A stretch of 64,000 nucleotides of DNA from Lama guanicoe (Eukaryota): NCBI GenBank assembly GCA_013239625.1, contig MU054187.1, positions 13,982,974 to 14,046,973 on the forward strand, written 5' to 3'. Shown piece after piece: positions 25,187-38,709 of the stretch. The notes beneath the pieces are model-generated. The model made no database searches and was not told the DNA's origin. It was given only the letters and a program-made list of their open reading frames with translations. Every line of letters starts with the position of its first letter. Within the stretch, counting starts at the first letter, position 1. The translations under genes and the position numbers were made by a program.

Positions 25187-26989
25187 CCAGTTAATAGAGA
25201 ATTTAAGAAATTATCTGAACAACAAATTAAGAAAAACTTTTGTCGCTATCAAGATATTTGAAGTATAGGTCATCTTCAGTTTGAATTATCCACAGAATAT
25301 TCCAATCCCCTCTCCTTGTTTTGCATGTGTAATCACAGATCAAGATTAAGTGTTTTATTTAAGAACCTATTTAAAAGACAGTAGTGGCTAATCATTTAAA
25401 ATTAGCTCCTTGACCGGAACTGCACAGCCGTGCAAAACCAAAGCTTGAGGCTTGATCCTAATTACTCAGATTGATTGTCTGCTTGTCCCAAATTCATTAA
25501 TTCCAAACTCCAGCTTCTAGCACTGCCTCTCAGTTGGGCTGTCTTGATCTCACCCTTGAAAGCATTATTGCTTGGGGAGGAAGGATGGCTGTTTTAAGTG
25601 AATTCAAAATATGGGAAATCAATATAAAATCCCATCAGTAAAGGAAATTCTCATCCTGATACTGTGTTCTTTGTTTACAATTTTGACTTCTTGGATGCCC
25701 CCTCTTCTCGGATATGCGAGGACTCGGTATGTCTTGGAGGAGGCTGTAACAGATCCTGCTGGAAAGACAGAGGTGCCCCGTACAGTTACAAAGCCTACGC
25801 CTTTCAAAAGGCAGTCCCACTTGTGATCGCTCTACATTTTAACGGATTGCTTGGGCTTTCCAAAAGCCGCCCTTGGACTCTGAGAACTGTCTTATCTGCC
25901 TTTCATTTCATACTTCAAATTCAGTTTTTAAAATGAGAATTTCTTTCTGTATGAAATTCAAGTGGATTTGCATGTCTAACAAGGACTAGCCTATTTGGAA
26001 CAAATTGAGGCGGATTCTTTGTAACCACTGAGGTGTCTGACAGATTACAACCGTAGGCAGAAAACACCATTGGCATTGAAAAGCTGACCACTTACTCTGT
26101 CTGGAATGGTTATTTCCTGGATGCATTATGGAGGCGAAAGCTACGTTAGCTTAAACTACACTTACCAAATGTGTTGAAATTAAGCCAGGGCTCTTATCAA
26201 ACCCAGCCAGAAGTTTCCTTTGCTCTTTCACATTCTTTTTCAATTTTGCTGCGCTTCCTAGACATTCATTTTAAAACGTCATTTCTTCATGGGCTCATGA
26301 ACATTACTTAACTTTTCAGACAACTTTACAAAAACTTTAAATTCCACAAATGTTCAATAACTATCTCCTGAATATTAACTGTAGACCCAGGACCATGACA
26401 AGCCAATAGAATTCTAAAGGTTTTTCTGATACATAGCGATGAGCTTGGCCTCTGATTCATTCATTCTAGACCTTCTTTAATTTACAGACTTCTCCAAGTG
26501 AAAGTCCATCCACTTAGTTTATCTTTTTTGCTCCAGGAAGATGATTTGCCCAACTGAAGGGCAATTGCTTTAGCTGAGAACATGTGTGCCTAAGTACAAG
26601 AAACAGCAAAGCATAGATTCCATTTTTAAGCAGTCATTTCAGTAGTCCTGAATGCCAATAAGCTGCGTTTGAAACCATCATTTATTTCATTGTTTTGGCC
26701 CTTTACATTGTCTCTAGTCTGGAAGCGGTAGGTGGGAGAGGGTTGTAGGAATCCAGAGAGCCAGCCAAGCAAGGATAGAGATCTGGAATATGGTGGGAGA
26801 GGCACAGATGCCTGCTACAGGGGATAGCTCTGGTAGGCAGTGAGGAAGGTATGGCACAATGTTCAAGGGCAATGCCCATCTCAGATGCATTTTAGCAAAT
26901 GACTGGCAATAAATAGTAACCAGGTTTCCAAAAAAGAGGCAGAATCCTTCCCTGGGGACATCCAGGCAATAGTCAGTATGTAACAACCA

Positions 26990-27410
26990 GGCAGCCACAC
27001 ACTGTTCTTTCTGAAAATATAAGCAAATATGTACATAGATTCCTATCCTCACCACCTTTTCTACACCAAAGGTAGCATATTACAACTTTCTTCTACGCTT
27101 TGCCTTTTTCACTGAATGACTACTGAAGACCACTCCATAATAGTCTCCATTTCTTTTTAACAACCACACATACTCCATCGTGGATGCGCCTTTGTTTACG
27201 GTACTGAAAGACATTTGGGCTGTTTCCAATCTTTTCTTCTTACAGTGTTAGAATTAATAGCTTTGTGAGTAGGTCACTTTGTGTTTTTGCCATTTTGTCT
27301 TTCAGATAGATTCCTAGAAGTGGATTTGCTGATTCAAGGTATATGCACTCTTGCTGGGTGCTGCCAAATCACCTTCCATAGAGGTTGTGCCATTTTGCGT
27401 TCCCATCAGC
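26990..27410 (-). mobile_element. Old L1 (L1ME-type) 3' fragment
   Basis: gacatttgggctgtttccaatc...tagattcctagaagtggatttgctg...ttgtgccattttgcgttcccatcagc. Confidence 0.7.
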
Positions 27411-29769
27411 AGGGAAAATTGAGTGCAGATGATGTTACGTTGGAAAAGCAGAATAGGAATTTGAGATACTTCAAGTCTGGGGCTTCCACTTTCTGTTGAA
27501 ATGGAAAACAAGGTCATCAGTAATAGAGACAGTGGTAAGTGTAGAGTTGGTGTCTTGAGGGGAACAGGGAAGTCTTCAAATAGCTGAAGTGAGCAAGAGG
27601 GTAGGATGGAACTTATCAGCAGTTCACGGGGCTTAGCCTAGACTGTGGTCTTTGAGTTTCTCCTTGTGTCAGTCAGCATGGTCAGGCAAATTTCTTCAAC
27701 AGTGACTCATGGACCAAGTACAGGGCTCTGAAAACACAAATGGTTGGCTAAAACTATGGTAAGGTTGGGGTGGCATAGATAGGGCATCAATGGAATTGAA
27801 AGTATTTGTCAAGAGAATGGATTCTAGGCTGGATGGAGGAAATGAAGCTAAGGAGGGTCTAATGGAGAAGGAGTTAAGCAACAGAAGTCCACGATGAAGA
27901 GTCAAAGATGGGGGTTTCGGAGTAGCATAATGAGAAAGCTAGATGGCTATGAAGCCTTGATCAGACTGTGGAATTTTAGAGTTTGAGACTTCAGATATGG
28001 AGCAGTACCAGGTGATAGCAAGGTCCTCATGGGGCCATGGGGGTCAACAGCTGACTTGGAAGGGAACTGAAGTTAAGAACGCTGAAAAGCTTAGAGGCAA
28101 GGGCATTAGAAGGGACATTGGAGTCCCCCTGAGATAGGGCTAGAGTTGACCAAATTATTCGATTAGTAGAGGGAATGTCTACTATTATTTCACTCTGAGA
28201 GAGCCTATATCCTAACACATAGTTGGAGTTCATAAAATAATTGTTAAATGAACAAGTGAATAAAATACCCGACTGCTACAGAAAAGACGTATCAGCTTTT
28301 AGGAGATAATACGGTTTAGGGACACTAGTGATATCTACTGTTAGTATTCGGGGTCATATTACTGATTTGTGCAAAGGTTTTGTCTCTGATGGCTGACTAG
28401 TAAGGGAAATTGGCATATTTCTTCCTCTGTATCTTATTTTTCTCCATATGTGAAGACATATATAGTAGAAAGATGTATAAAGGAAAATTGGGAAATCAGA
28501 GTTTTGTAAAGTCCCAATATTGTTGCTGCTTACCTGTGATCTTTGACAAGCGTCTCCTCTTTCTTCATAAGAAATGGTTTTGGATAATCTCTTCATTCAT
28601 TTCTATAGCTAACTCTAAAATTCAGGTGTCTCTCTGACTATGGAAATTGATGTAAGTTAGAAAGTAAAAATTCTACTTGTATTCAAACATCTAGTCTGAA
28701 ACTATTTTGGCTTCAAATTGTTTTGAAGGCAAATACTGAAACTCTTGAATTGACCTTTTAAAACAACGTATGGGAAATCATGCTAGTTTCTTGCCACAGA
28801 GATTCAAAATGATGGAAACACCTCTCAAATATCCCATGACCCTAAATCAAAGGTTGTCTCTGAAAAGATGATCTTCCCCATGAAAGTTAGACATCTAAGA
28901 AGCCAGATCTTGCTTTCTTGATCAGGTTAATTACATATGAGTTTCCCTTTTTATCTAGTATAAGAATGAAAAATATATTTCTTTATACAACAAAAACTTC
29001 ATTTTATGTAGTACTTGGATGGCTGAGACACACCTCTTTGGCCTTGAGATAATTACATGCTACTAGGGGAGATACTACCACATGGAAATATAAACAAATA
29101 ACCACAGTTCAAATCAGGCCAAATCCCATATGAGTAGTAAAAGTAGAAATAGGTCCCTAGGTTATTTTTTTAAGTGCTGAAAAGCAGGGAGTAACTGAAA
29201 TATTCCCATTTCTCATTTTTTATCTTTATGCCATTTTTTTCCACTTTCAGCTCTATTTTTATCTAAATGATTTGCTTTTGTATACAGAAGTTGGCTACAT
29301 TACCAATTATTTTTATTCAATATTGATGTGCTTACAGGTAAGTATAGCATTGCTAAGATACATAACTTAAAATGCTATGTTTAAGTGTATATAGAGAATT
29401 ATAGACTCTTTGCAATTCAGTTAACCAAAGTGGATTGTCCACTTTCTGTGTAATGTTGATCTCTCCCCATTTTTCAGTCTTGGACATTTCAAAGTTCTTT
29501 AACAATTAGACAAGAGAAAGAAACTAAGATGCAAATTAAATTAGCCTATCTGGTTGCCTCTAAGTAGCTTTGGTGTTTAAAAAATGTAAAAAGCTTCTTT
29601 ATTGTTCTTTATTGGTGCTCCCATAGCACTTTATGTGAACTTATATTTTAAAATGTATTGCACTGCATGGTAATCTTTAGCTCCAATGCCCCCCCTTGCC
29701 TCTTACCCCTTACCTCCTTCTTCCCTCCTCCATCCTTTCCTTCCTCCCTTTTCTTTCACCAGAATAGAA

Positions 29770-29895
29770 CACCTAGGGGACAGGAACCTGTCCTATTCAC
29801 TTTTGTATTCCTTGTACCTTGTTCAGAGATAAACACTGGATGGGTGAATGAATGGATAATGGATGATGGATGGATGGATGGATGGATGGATGGGA
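29770..29895 (+). repeat. L2 3' end terminating in a (GGAT)n microsatellite
   Basis: agggacaggaacctgtcctattcacttttgtattcc...tggatggatggatggatggatggg. Confidence 0.7.
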
Positions 29896-32574
29896 GGCAA
29901 CTCTGAACTCTTCCACAAGGTCTGGAGAACCACACATGACTGATTGTCTTTTAACCATGAAACACCTGCCAAGTATCAATCTCACTTTCAATGGGTTTTT
30001 GACAACTAGATCTATCAAATGGTTTATTTAAAAGGCCTAAGATATCTTTAAAAGTTTCTTTAAAAGTTTCTCAAAAACTCTTACGAAGTAAGCTTGGCCT
30101 CTGAAAATGAAGATAGTGGTATATTTTTAAAGCTCACTGCAGACTGATGAAAGGCACTCTTCGAACCTTCTGGAGAGTTCTCTCCTCTCCTTCTCCCTTC
30201 AGGCTTGCCACCCTAAAAGGTTCCCAATTAACAGGATTCTGCTGTTCTCTGCTTCCCTTGAGACATTCAGATGGGACTTAAAGAATGACACTGGAAGTGT
30301 AATTGCAAAAAATGAAGATAAAACTTAGGACCTTAGGGAAATATTTATGTGCTAAAGCTATAAGCAGATTAGAAAGTTCAGTGAATGTTAATGATGTAAG
30401 CCATTTTTATAAGGAAAAAGGCTTTCAGCAAAAGAAGAATGATGATATCTCTGCAGAGTAGAGGGACCACTCAGGGATGTTGACCACAGTCCTCTGCTGT
30501 GCGTATTTGCTGATGGCCCAGGAGCATGGGCGTTGCAACGCCACTGACTAGTCATCAGAAATGGGAGCATTTCAACTGCTCTGTATGTGAGGCAGGCTTG
30601 CTTCTAGCAAAAGGGCCTTCAGTCAGATCCCGGAAGTCTGTTGCAACAGCCCTACTTTAACCCGGAACCCACCAAGAACCTTAAGAAAACTGGTTATCAG
30701 TCCAGAACTCATGCACAATGCTGTGCTCACCAAAAGCCACCAGACCATCAGGAATGAATATAAGTTATTTCAGATGCAAATCCACAGTGATGTAGAATCC
30801 CTCAGGGCCACTGCCCACAGTAGGGACAATTCAGGGCCAGATCTACCCTGAGCAGAACTTTCTCCCCCATCATCAGAAGCAAGCCACTGTTCAATTTTCT
30901 CTCTTTTTCTCCTTGATGCTTTTAAGTTGTCAGCCAGCCCTGGAACTGCCATGTTCACTTTCACATGAATATCTTAGGCTTCATTTCTGCATATAAGTTC
31001 AACTATTCGCTATATTTGAAGAAGCTTTAGGAAGGAAAAAAATACAAAGCAAAGTGAGAACCTGGCATTATGCCTTTTGCTCTTTCTTTTCCACTAAAGA
31101 ATATTCATTTCTGATGCCTTAATTTCTTAAGCCTTTTACAGTTTTTAACCTAAACCTCCTATTTTAAGAAACCAATGAATCTTTTGCTTTTTATTCCCCT
31201 GTAGATCGTACGACTCCAGCTAGTATCTTAAACATTTCCAGGAAGAGATTTGGATCATCTCCATTGGTCCTAGGATTAGGTAAAATTAAACATGATAATT
31301 TATAATCTAGAAAAAGGATTTGTTTCAGTTTCTTTACAAGTGAAATATTCAGTAGTTTCAAAAGAGTTTAAAAGATACGCTATAGAATTCAAATTAAATA
31401 GTAAAAGAAAGCTGCCTCAGTGATTTTATGTAAAAGTCATTTCTCCTCTTAGAGTAAAAGTTGGTTTGCAAATTAACAAGGTGGAGCCAAAATAGAGAAT
31501 TGCATTGTAAGAGAGTGACTCACAATGTTTTGACTTTTTAAAATATATCTTTCCTGACAGCAAAGGCTGCCTTGTCATCTGATTGCTTTCTAATTAATGT
31601 TAAGTCTTCCATTATAAATATCACACTTTTGCCAGCAGAGCTACCAGTTGCGACCTCATATTACCTGTCCTTGAAGGACGCACGGGGCAATTATGGCTAT
31701 GGGTGTCTATGATTACAGAGATGTATCTCCTCATATTCTAACCCGAGCCGTGGTACAATCAGTAGCACCATAAGAATGCTTCCATTAATAGCAGAGGAGC
31801 AAATCAATGTTTGTTTGCTTGGAAGTAAAAATAGGTACTTGCTGATAAGTATGTGTTCCTTGCTACTTTTATTTACAAAGAATTAACCAACCATTAGGTA
31901 TCCTCAACAAATAAAACCAGGTTATAATACTCATAAACTAATATTTTTTTAAAGAGAAAACTGTACTTTATGCAATGTGGAAGGTGGATTGAGCAGATAA
32001 AATCAATCCAAGACACAGAATCTGTTGGGCAGAGCAGACTCCACTTGAAGTCCCTGCCTGAAGGCTTCACACAAACTTAAAAGAAGAATTTGACCTGGAG
32101 GGATACAGGAACCCATTTGGGATTCTCTGAACACACACACATACAATGTTTGCAAATAGAAAATCAAAGCTGCATTTAAAAGACTTCAGAGTGAGACCAT
32201 GCCAGAGGTAGGTCCTGGAAGCATCAGTGCCTCTCTGCCTATGTGCCAGTATATTTAATAATTTAGATTTAGGTGCCACCCCCACTGTCTGTGAACCAGT
32301 GGACAAATTGAAAAATTAGCCTTGGTATCCACTGAATATTATGTGATAAGGTTTATATCTGGAATTAATCAGTTCTTACATTTAACTTCCAGTTCATTTT
32401 TTCCTTTCTTTTTGAGTTGAGGTAGAGAACTAATTTTTTCCCCAGCCTCCTAAGACACTGGTCCTTGTACACCTGTCTGCAGGAACTGTCACCCTCCACT
32501 TGAACTGAGACTACGCTCACCTCTTCCTCCGGCACATCTGGGTCTAAGCTGACTTTTCCGTGGGTGTTTTTTCC

Positions 32575-33310
32575 CACTATTCCTGATTCATTAACAACTA
32601 TTTATTGAACATCTCTGCTGTGTAGGCACTGAAGGAGAGCACTGACCAGTGAAAGAATATAGACTTTTCTTTTCATTCTACACCTGCTCTACTCCTCCTT
32701 ATCCTTTATGTCAACCATCACTTCCTCCGAGAAGCATCCCTGATCCACAGTCTAGATCAGTCTTCTTTGTTGTATAGACCTCAGCCTTTTCCTTACAGAA
32801 TGTATTTGTTCATAAATAAACTCACTTACTGATTATTTTACTAATGCCAGTCTCCCCACTTGAGAACAGGAACCATGTCTAGTTTTGCTTGCCAGTTTAT
32901 TCCAGTGCCTGGCACACGGCAACACTCCGTTCACTGGTGAATTGATTGGCAGGTGATGAATGGATGGATTGATGCATTGAAGCATGGTTTCTTCGCTCTA
33001 AGAGCTCCTTACATATTATAGGGAAATAAGCATAGCTATGTGTGGAAAAATAGGTTTGGGGCAAAACTATAAACAGCTTTGTGGAGGTGTTTCATCGTTA
33101 CCTTGTAGAAGAGAAGCCAACAAAGATGTGGAACAATGATGAGGTTAGTGTTTAAGGAAGCTCCCCAAGGTAGCAGGATGGAGGACAGCCTGGGAGAGGA
33201 AGAAGGAGTCCATTGGCAGGAAGAGCAGGGAGGTGCTGCCATGGCCCAGGTCTCAGATGAGGAGGTTTATACAAAGGCAACAGCTGCAGAACAGCAGGAG
33301 TAGAGGCGCT
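32575..33310. mobile_element. L2 fragments in both orientations
   Basis: caactatttattgaacatct (- strand); catcacttcctccgagaagcatccctga...gagaacaggaaccatgtct...cagtgcctggcacac (+ strand). Confidence 0.65.
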
Positions 33311-33579
33311 GAGTCACAGAATCCAGACATCCCCATGCTCTCTTAGAAGATTAAAAAAGCTTTACAAGGAACACCCTCCAGAGAATGGTCTCCTCCTGTA
33401 GAGAAAGCAGGGCCTGGCTTGTAAAAACCTCCCTGACCCAGGGGACCCAGACGGCAAAAATACCCCTGAGCCAGGGCTGATCCAAACTTGGACTTGACAC
33501 ATGTGGCACGACCAGCAGGATGACGGTTTGCTCTGTGTCTTCCTGGCCATATCTCAGACAGTTTCAGGAAGGTCGAAAC

Positions 33580-35080
33580 TCCGTGTTTAGTCAGACAGTT
33601 AACCAACATTTATTAAGCACAGGCCGTATATCAGGAAGTGGGGAGAGAAGGATTAGAAAGCTGGGCGGGATGTGGCCACTGTCCTTGCAAAGCTTAGGGG
33701 CTAATGAGCAAAACAGCAAGTGAGCACGTGCAGCTCAGTGTGGCGAGGGTTCTGACGGAAAAGGCACAGAGGGCTGTGGGCACGCGGAGCAGCACCCAGC
33801 CTGGTCCCAGAGGACATGTGATCTAAGCTGGGAACCAACTGAGGAGGAGGTGAGGGAGAGCCTGCAGAGTGAAGCAGGGGCAAGATCACACAGTGCCCTG
33901 GAATCTGCGTCAGAAATTGAGCTCTGTGTTGAGGGTGATGGGAGATGCGCTTTGCATTCTGGAAAGCTAATTGGTTCCCTCCCAGTACACTCAGGAGGAG
34001 CAGGGCCTGTGGAGGAAAGCCAGTTCCAAGGCTGATGGCATTCATCTGGATGAGGTGATGGTGGCCCACACTCGGGGAGTAGCAGAGAGGTGGAGAGTAA
34101 TGAATAGGTAAGAGAGGTATTCAAGAGGTGGATTTGTCAGGCTTCAAGGACTGATCAGGTGAGGAGGGAAGAAGAGACAAGGTGTTGAGGATGCTGGCAT
34201 CACTGTGGGACAGCAGGGCCTTTGACTGTGCGGGACGCACAGAAGAGGAATTTAAACGTTGATAGAAGAGAGATGGTGAGTTCAGCTTGAGATAGGTTAG
34301 GTAAAAAGTACCCATGGGACAAGCCAGGGGAAACGCTCAGCTGTCAGTCCGGTCAGTGGGTCTGGAACTAAGGAGAGTGATGCCAGCAGCCTTTGTGACT
34401 GCTCTGGGTGATCTGCTGTGACCTGATCACAGGTTGGCATCCAGTATAGCAACATGGGCTTTTGAGTCACAGGAGATGTCAGTTCAAGTCACTGATGAGC
34501 TGCATAAGCTTGGACATTACGTTCCTAAGCCTGTTTCTCCATCATAAGCTGGAATAATGATCTGACCTTCTTCATAGGATGTTAGGAGAAATAAATGAAA
34601 TCATGCTTGGCCTCAATAAATCCTCACTGGTGGTGTAGCAGGATCATCTACCCTGGAAATGTAGATTTGAGCACCACCAGTGTACAGATGGTATTGGGAA
34701 CCACTGGAAGAAATAATGAAAGGAAAGAGGCGTGTATTAAAAAACACCAACGTTGAAGGGTTACATAAGGACATACACAGTGGAGATTGAGAAGTAACCA
34801 GGGAGGTAAAGGGAAAATGCAGGCAGTGCTGTGACACCATGAAAGCGAAGGGAAGAGAAGGTTTCCAGAAGGGGAGGTGGTCAGTTGGGTAAATTCCTAG
34901 CAACGGGTCGAGAAAGGTAAGGGCTGTGTAGTGACATTGGATTCGGGGACAAGTAGGATCAGCGGCCCCCGAGACAGCCGTTTCAGTAGAAGGGCAGAGG
35001 CAAAAGCAGATTACCGCCAGTTGAGAGAAGTTGCTAGATACAGATCTCCATTTAGTATGTGAACACTTTTTTGAGTTAAA
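33580..35080 (-). mobile_element. Long degraded L2 (includes an RT remnant), interrupted by a MIR
   Basis: caacatttattaagcac start and purine-rich L2 body. The ORF-track peptide at 34613-35209 contains STETAV...ALTFLD...TDH, resembling the L2/CR1 RT motif STETAL...LLDLSAAFDTVDH. Confidence 0.7.
34425..34610 (+). mobile_element. MIR
   Basis: catgggcttttgagtcac...ctaagcctgtttctccatcataagctggaataatga...cataggatgttaggagaaataaatgaaat. Confidence 0.7.
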
Positions 35081-35681
35081 AAAAAAATGGCACAAGGCAG
35101 AGGCATAAGAGAAAATTAAAAATGTTTTCTGATTATAGAAATTTGATTTTGCCTCAAGGCTCTGATTCAGTGTGTAATAAAAAGACCTTCTGGCCCTGGA
35201 TACGGGCACCCCACTCTAGCTTTTCATCGAGCATTGCCAGGCACTGGCGAAGGAAAGGGAAAATAATCATTCTCAAGGCATTCCCTATAGAGGAGACGTC
35301 TTGAGTACACCATCCAGGCCTAATGTGTTCATTCTGTTCTCAAGGCTGTTTTGGAAAGAAATTAAACTCTCTGTAGCATCAGTAGCAATTTTCTGCATTG
35401 TGTGCATGTTCACTTGGAGAATTCATTTTCCCATGTAGAGCACTGTAAGATCTCTACTGAGCAGGAACTCTGACAAGAGCCTACATCTCTCAGCTCCACT
35501 GCAGGGTCTTCTCAATGACTTTTGCAGATTCGAGGCCAGCCTTTCACTCCCAGCAGCACGAACAGAGAGAACGCACGGATTTGGGGTTGGCACTTGGAAT
35601 TTACTTATCCTTGCGTGTGGACATTGCACGTGATCCATGTTAGGACCTTTACCCACAAACCAAACAAGCATTATTCCCTCC

Positions 35682-35755
35682 AAACACATGCACACACTCA
35701 CATACACACAGACAGAGGCACACACTCACAAACACACTCATACACCGACACAGAC
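35682..35755. repeat. Imperfect (CA)n-rich tract
   Basis: aaacacatgcacacactcacatacacacagacagaggcacacactcacaaacacactcatacacc. Confidence 0.7.
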
Positions 35756-36009
35756 CGCTCAAAGCCTTTCACCTGGAAATAGCCTTGAACAGACAAGAGG
35801 ATTGAGGTACCAAGTGATTCGTTTTCAGACAAGCATCACGGGTCAAACTAGAGCCTGGTCCCTTCTCGTTAGCCAGCACTGCCTTCTGAGCCATGGTTTT
35901 CCAGGTAGTCCCATTCTCAGCATCGTTTCAGTGGGATGACTTGAGCAGGTGGTTCACACTGTATGATCCCAAGTTTGAGAGTCGCTGCACTAGTGCCTTC
36001 TTTTCCAGA

Positions 36010-36320
36010 CCAGTCTCTGGAGCCAGATTGGCTGGATTCAAATCCTGCCTCTGCCATTTACCAGCTATGGGCAATTTACTCCATCTTTCTGTGCCTCCGT
36101 TTCCCACTTTTGTGTCACGAGGACAACAGTAGTATCAGCGGCAGTGTAGTGGGGAGACAACGTGAATTAACTATGTCAGGTATTTAGCCCTGTGCTTGGC
36201 CCTTAACCTTAACCTTCTGTCTTTCCTTTTCCTTTCTGTAAACTAAGGATGATAATTGTTCCCACTTCCAAATGAGTTTGACGCCAGCATAAGCTGATGC
36301 ATGTAAATGCTCAGTTGTCA
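36010..36320 (+). mobile_element. MIR fragments
   Basis: ctctggagccagattggctggattcaaatcctgcctctgccatttaccagctatgggcaatttac...ctgtgcctccgtttcc. Confidence 0.75.
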
Positions 36321-36369
36321 CATGCACACATCTCCCTCCATTTAGTTTATGTCCCCACTAAAACTTACT

Positions 36370-36680
36370 TGGGAAATCAGGATAGCTTCTGGGCTCTTTC
36401 ATAAAAATTTTTGTGCATCTTCATGGTGAGTCACTTTCCCATTGGTATAGTCCCTTGGTCTATTTCACTTTCCCCACTTTTCAAGTTGTATCTGTAACAG
36501 CTCAAGCCATGAAACCCAACTTCACATGGGAAGGATCTTCCTGGGCTGTGGTGGATGGGAGGTGGCTTGTGGCTCTCCCCGCTCATGGAAATACATCAGG
36601 TGGTCAAAAGAACCTCACTCAGGGAAAACCTCCACAGTATTTACGATTTCATTACTCCAACATCCATAGCCTCTGAGAGA
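36370..36680. mobile_element. Old MaLR LTR fragment (MLT1-like)
   Basis: gccatgaaacccaacttcacatgggaaggatcttcctgggctg...tggctctccccgctcatgg...ggaaaacctcc. Confidence 0.45.
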
Positions 36681-36859
36681 CAAGTCACAAAGAAGGTGGA
36701 CACATGCCCTCCAGTAACCTTATTAACTCAGTTCAACTATGCCAATGTGGGAATAGCTCTTATTTTTCATATAAATGTATTTTTATTTTGTAGTCTTCAT
36801 ATCCTGTATATATAAAAGATGTATATATCCTGTATGCATAAAAGATATTTATATAGCCT

Positions 36860-37070
36860 GTCACATGCTATGCAGTGTTCTAGCCACTTTAGATGTGATA
36901 TTTATTCTTTATAACGACTTTATCACGTAGTACTAGGATTATCATTATCCCCCTTTTATATATGAGGAAACTGAAGAACAAAATAAATAAGTAGCTCAAG
37001 GAAGATCAGTCCAGTAATAAGAAGCACAGCCAGGATTTAAACCCAGATAGTCTGGAGTCAGAGGCTATGT
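36860..37070 (-). mobile_element. MIR
   Basis: attatcccccttttatatatgaggaaactgaag...gagccaggatttaaacccagatagtctgg. Confidence 0.75.
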
Positions 37071-37797
37071 ATAACACTATTATAGATAACACTATTATAT
37101 ATTATATGTATTATTTACTTTATGTTATTTATATACATTATATACAACACTATTATAATAGATAACTCCAGAGGACACTTAACTCAGGGTTTTATTTTGT
37201 AGGCAAGGGAATCAATGTTTAGGAGAAGAGTCTGACCTTCTGAGCAGCCTCATATACCTAGAAACTTAGTTATTGCTGTTTTGCTCAGAAATGCACCAAT
37301 GATTCAAGGGAGAGGAAGCTGAGAAACAAGGCTAATTTAAGTGCCCAAGAGTGAGAAGGGGGCTTATCTTGAAAAAGCCCTCCAACATGATCAGCAACTA
37401 AGCTGCAAAGGAAGGCCAAGTGAATATAAATAAAAAGAGAAGTCACTTTTTATCTTGCCTTCAAAGTATATGATTTCTAAAGCAAAGATGCCTTTTATCT
37501 AACATCTCTGCTTCCAGGAGTTTGGGGAAGAGCATGATGGAACAGGGACACCTACTGGTGAGAACAAGCTTCACTTTGTAGATTTCTATCACTTCTTTTA
37601 AGAATGACGGTGATCCCCTCCCCCGCCATTATTTGAAATATATTGGTCATGGGCAGTATAAAAGTCAGATACAGAATCTTCCATTCAGGATATTACGTTT
37701 TTAAAAGAAAAAAATCAGATGTCTCCAACTATTTATAAGCAATTCAAGCACAGGATCTCCACTCTCCCTTATAGGAATTCCAAGCTACGTTTTAGGG

Positions 37798-38070
37798 TCC
37801 TGCATTAGTCAGCTCTGCTTGGGTGAGGCAAACACCAGGCTGGGTGCCAGGTGCCTGGAGCCCTGCGTTACTCTCATTTCAAGTCAAAAGACCTTGCTTG
37901 AACACTTGCATTCCAAGGGGAGGTGAGAGAGAGGTTCCTGCACAAGGCACTCCCATCTCAGAAGCCAGGAGCCAAGATGCTCATCATTCTGGATGTCTCA
38001 GGGTGGCTCTAGACAGGTGCTTCCCATCCAGGCTGCAGCTTGCAGGACTTGGACCTGGTCTGAGCAGATC
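37798..38070. mobile_element. Old MaLR LTR fragment (MLT1-like)
   Basis: tgcattagtcagctctgc...gagagagaggttcctgcacaaggc...gaagccaggagcc. Confidence 0.4.
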
Positions 38071-38709
38071 AGACGTTCTTGTCTCTCTGGAGCACTCAGA
38101 TGTTACTTTGATGCTCTTCCATCAAAAATGTCATGAATGTGTAATCGTTTGAATTCTCTCCTATGCCATGTCAGTTCACTGAGGTTGGAATTGTACTTTG
38201 AAAATTATGCTTTTCTAAGCTTTTTCTAGGAGAAAGAATTCAGAAAGGAGAAATGAGGAAAATTGGTGAAGGAAAATGGAGCTTAGGAGAGGAGACATCT
38301 TTGCAGCGAGATGGCAGTGTCACCCTTTGGCTTTGATTTCATTAGTTAAAACACTTTGGATCCTGCTCAAACTTTCTAAACTTCCTAGCCATCACCATGT
38401 ATAATTGAAAAGTCTTGATGGCTTTAGAAGAAATTGTTCTCAGTTGGGTTGTTGAGATGCAATAGTTTCTTTTGTTTGGTTTTAGTTTCGATGTGGAATT
38501 TGGAGTCAAAATAAGAGAATTTGCCTTCCTGCATGTGCAGTTGAGTGATACAAAAGTGATTTAGGCGTCCAGAGACCCAAAAAGGATAGTTTTCATCTGT
38601 GTTTGGGGAGAGTTGGGAGAACTTAAAACAAGTTCATGGAAGATATGCACACTGGCATTGAGAATATAGCCAACTATTGAGATGTAGCATTGAATATTAA
38701 AAATAAATT

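Noticed and set aside
34613-35209. 198-aa minus-strand ORF, the longest outside KCNB2
   Set aside because: It lies in a decayed L2 with drifted RT motifs; a chance open frame.
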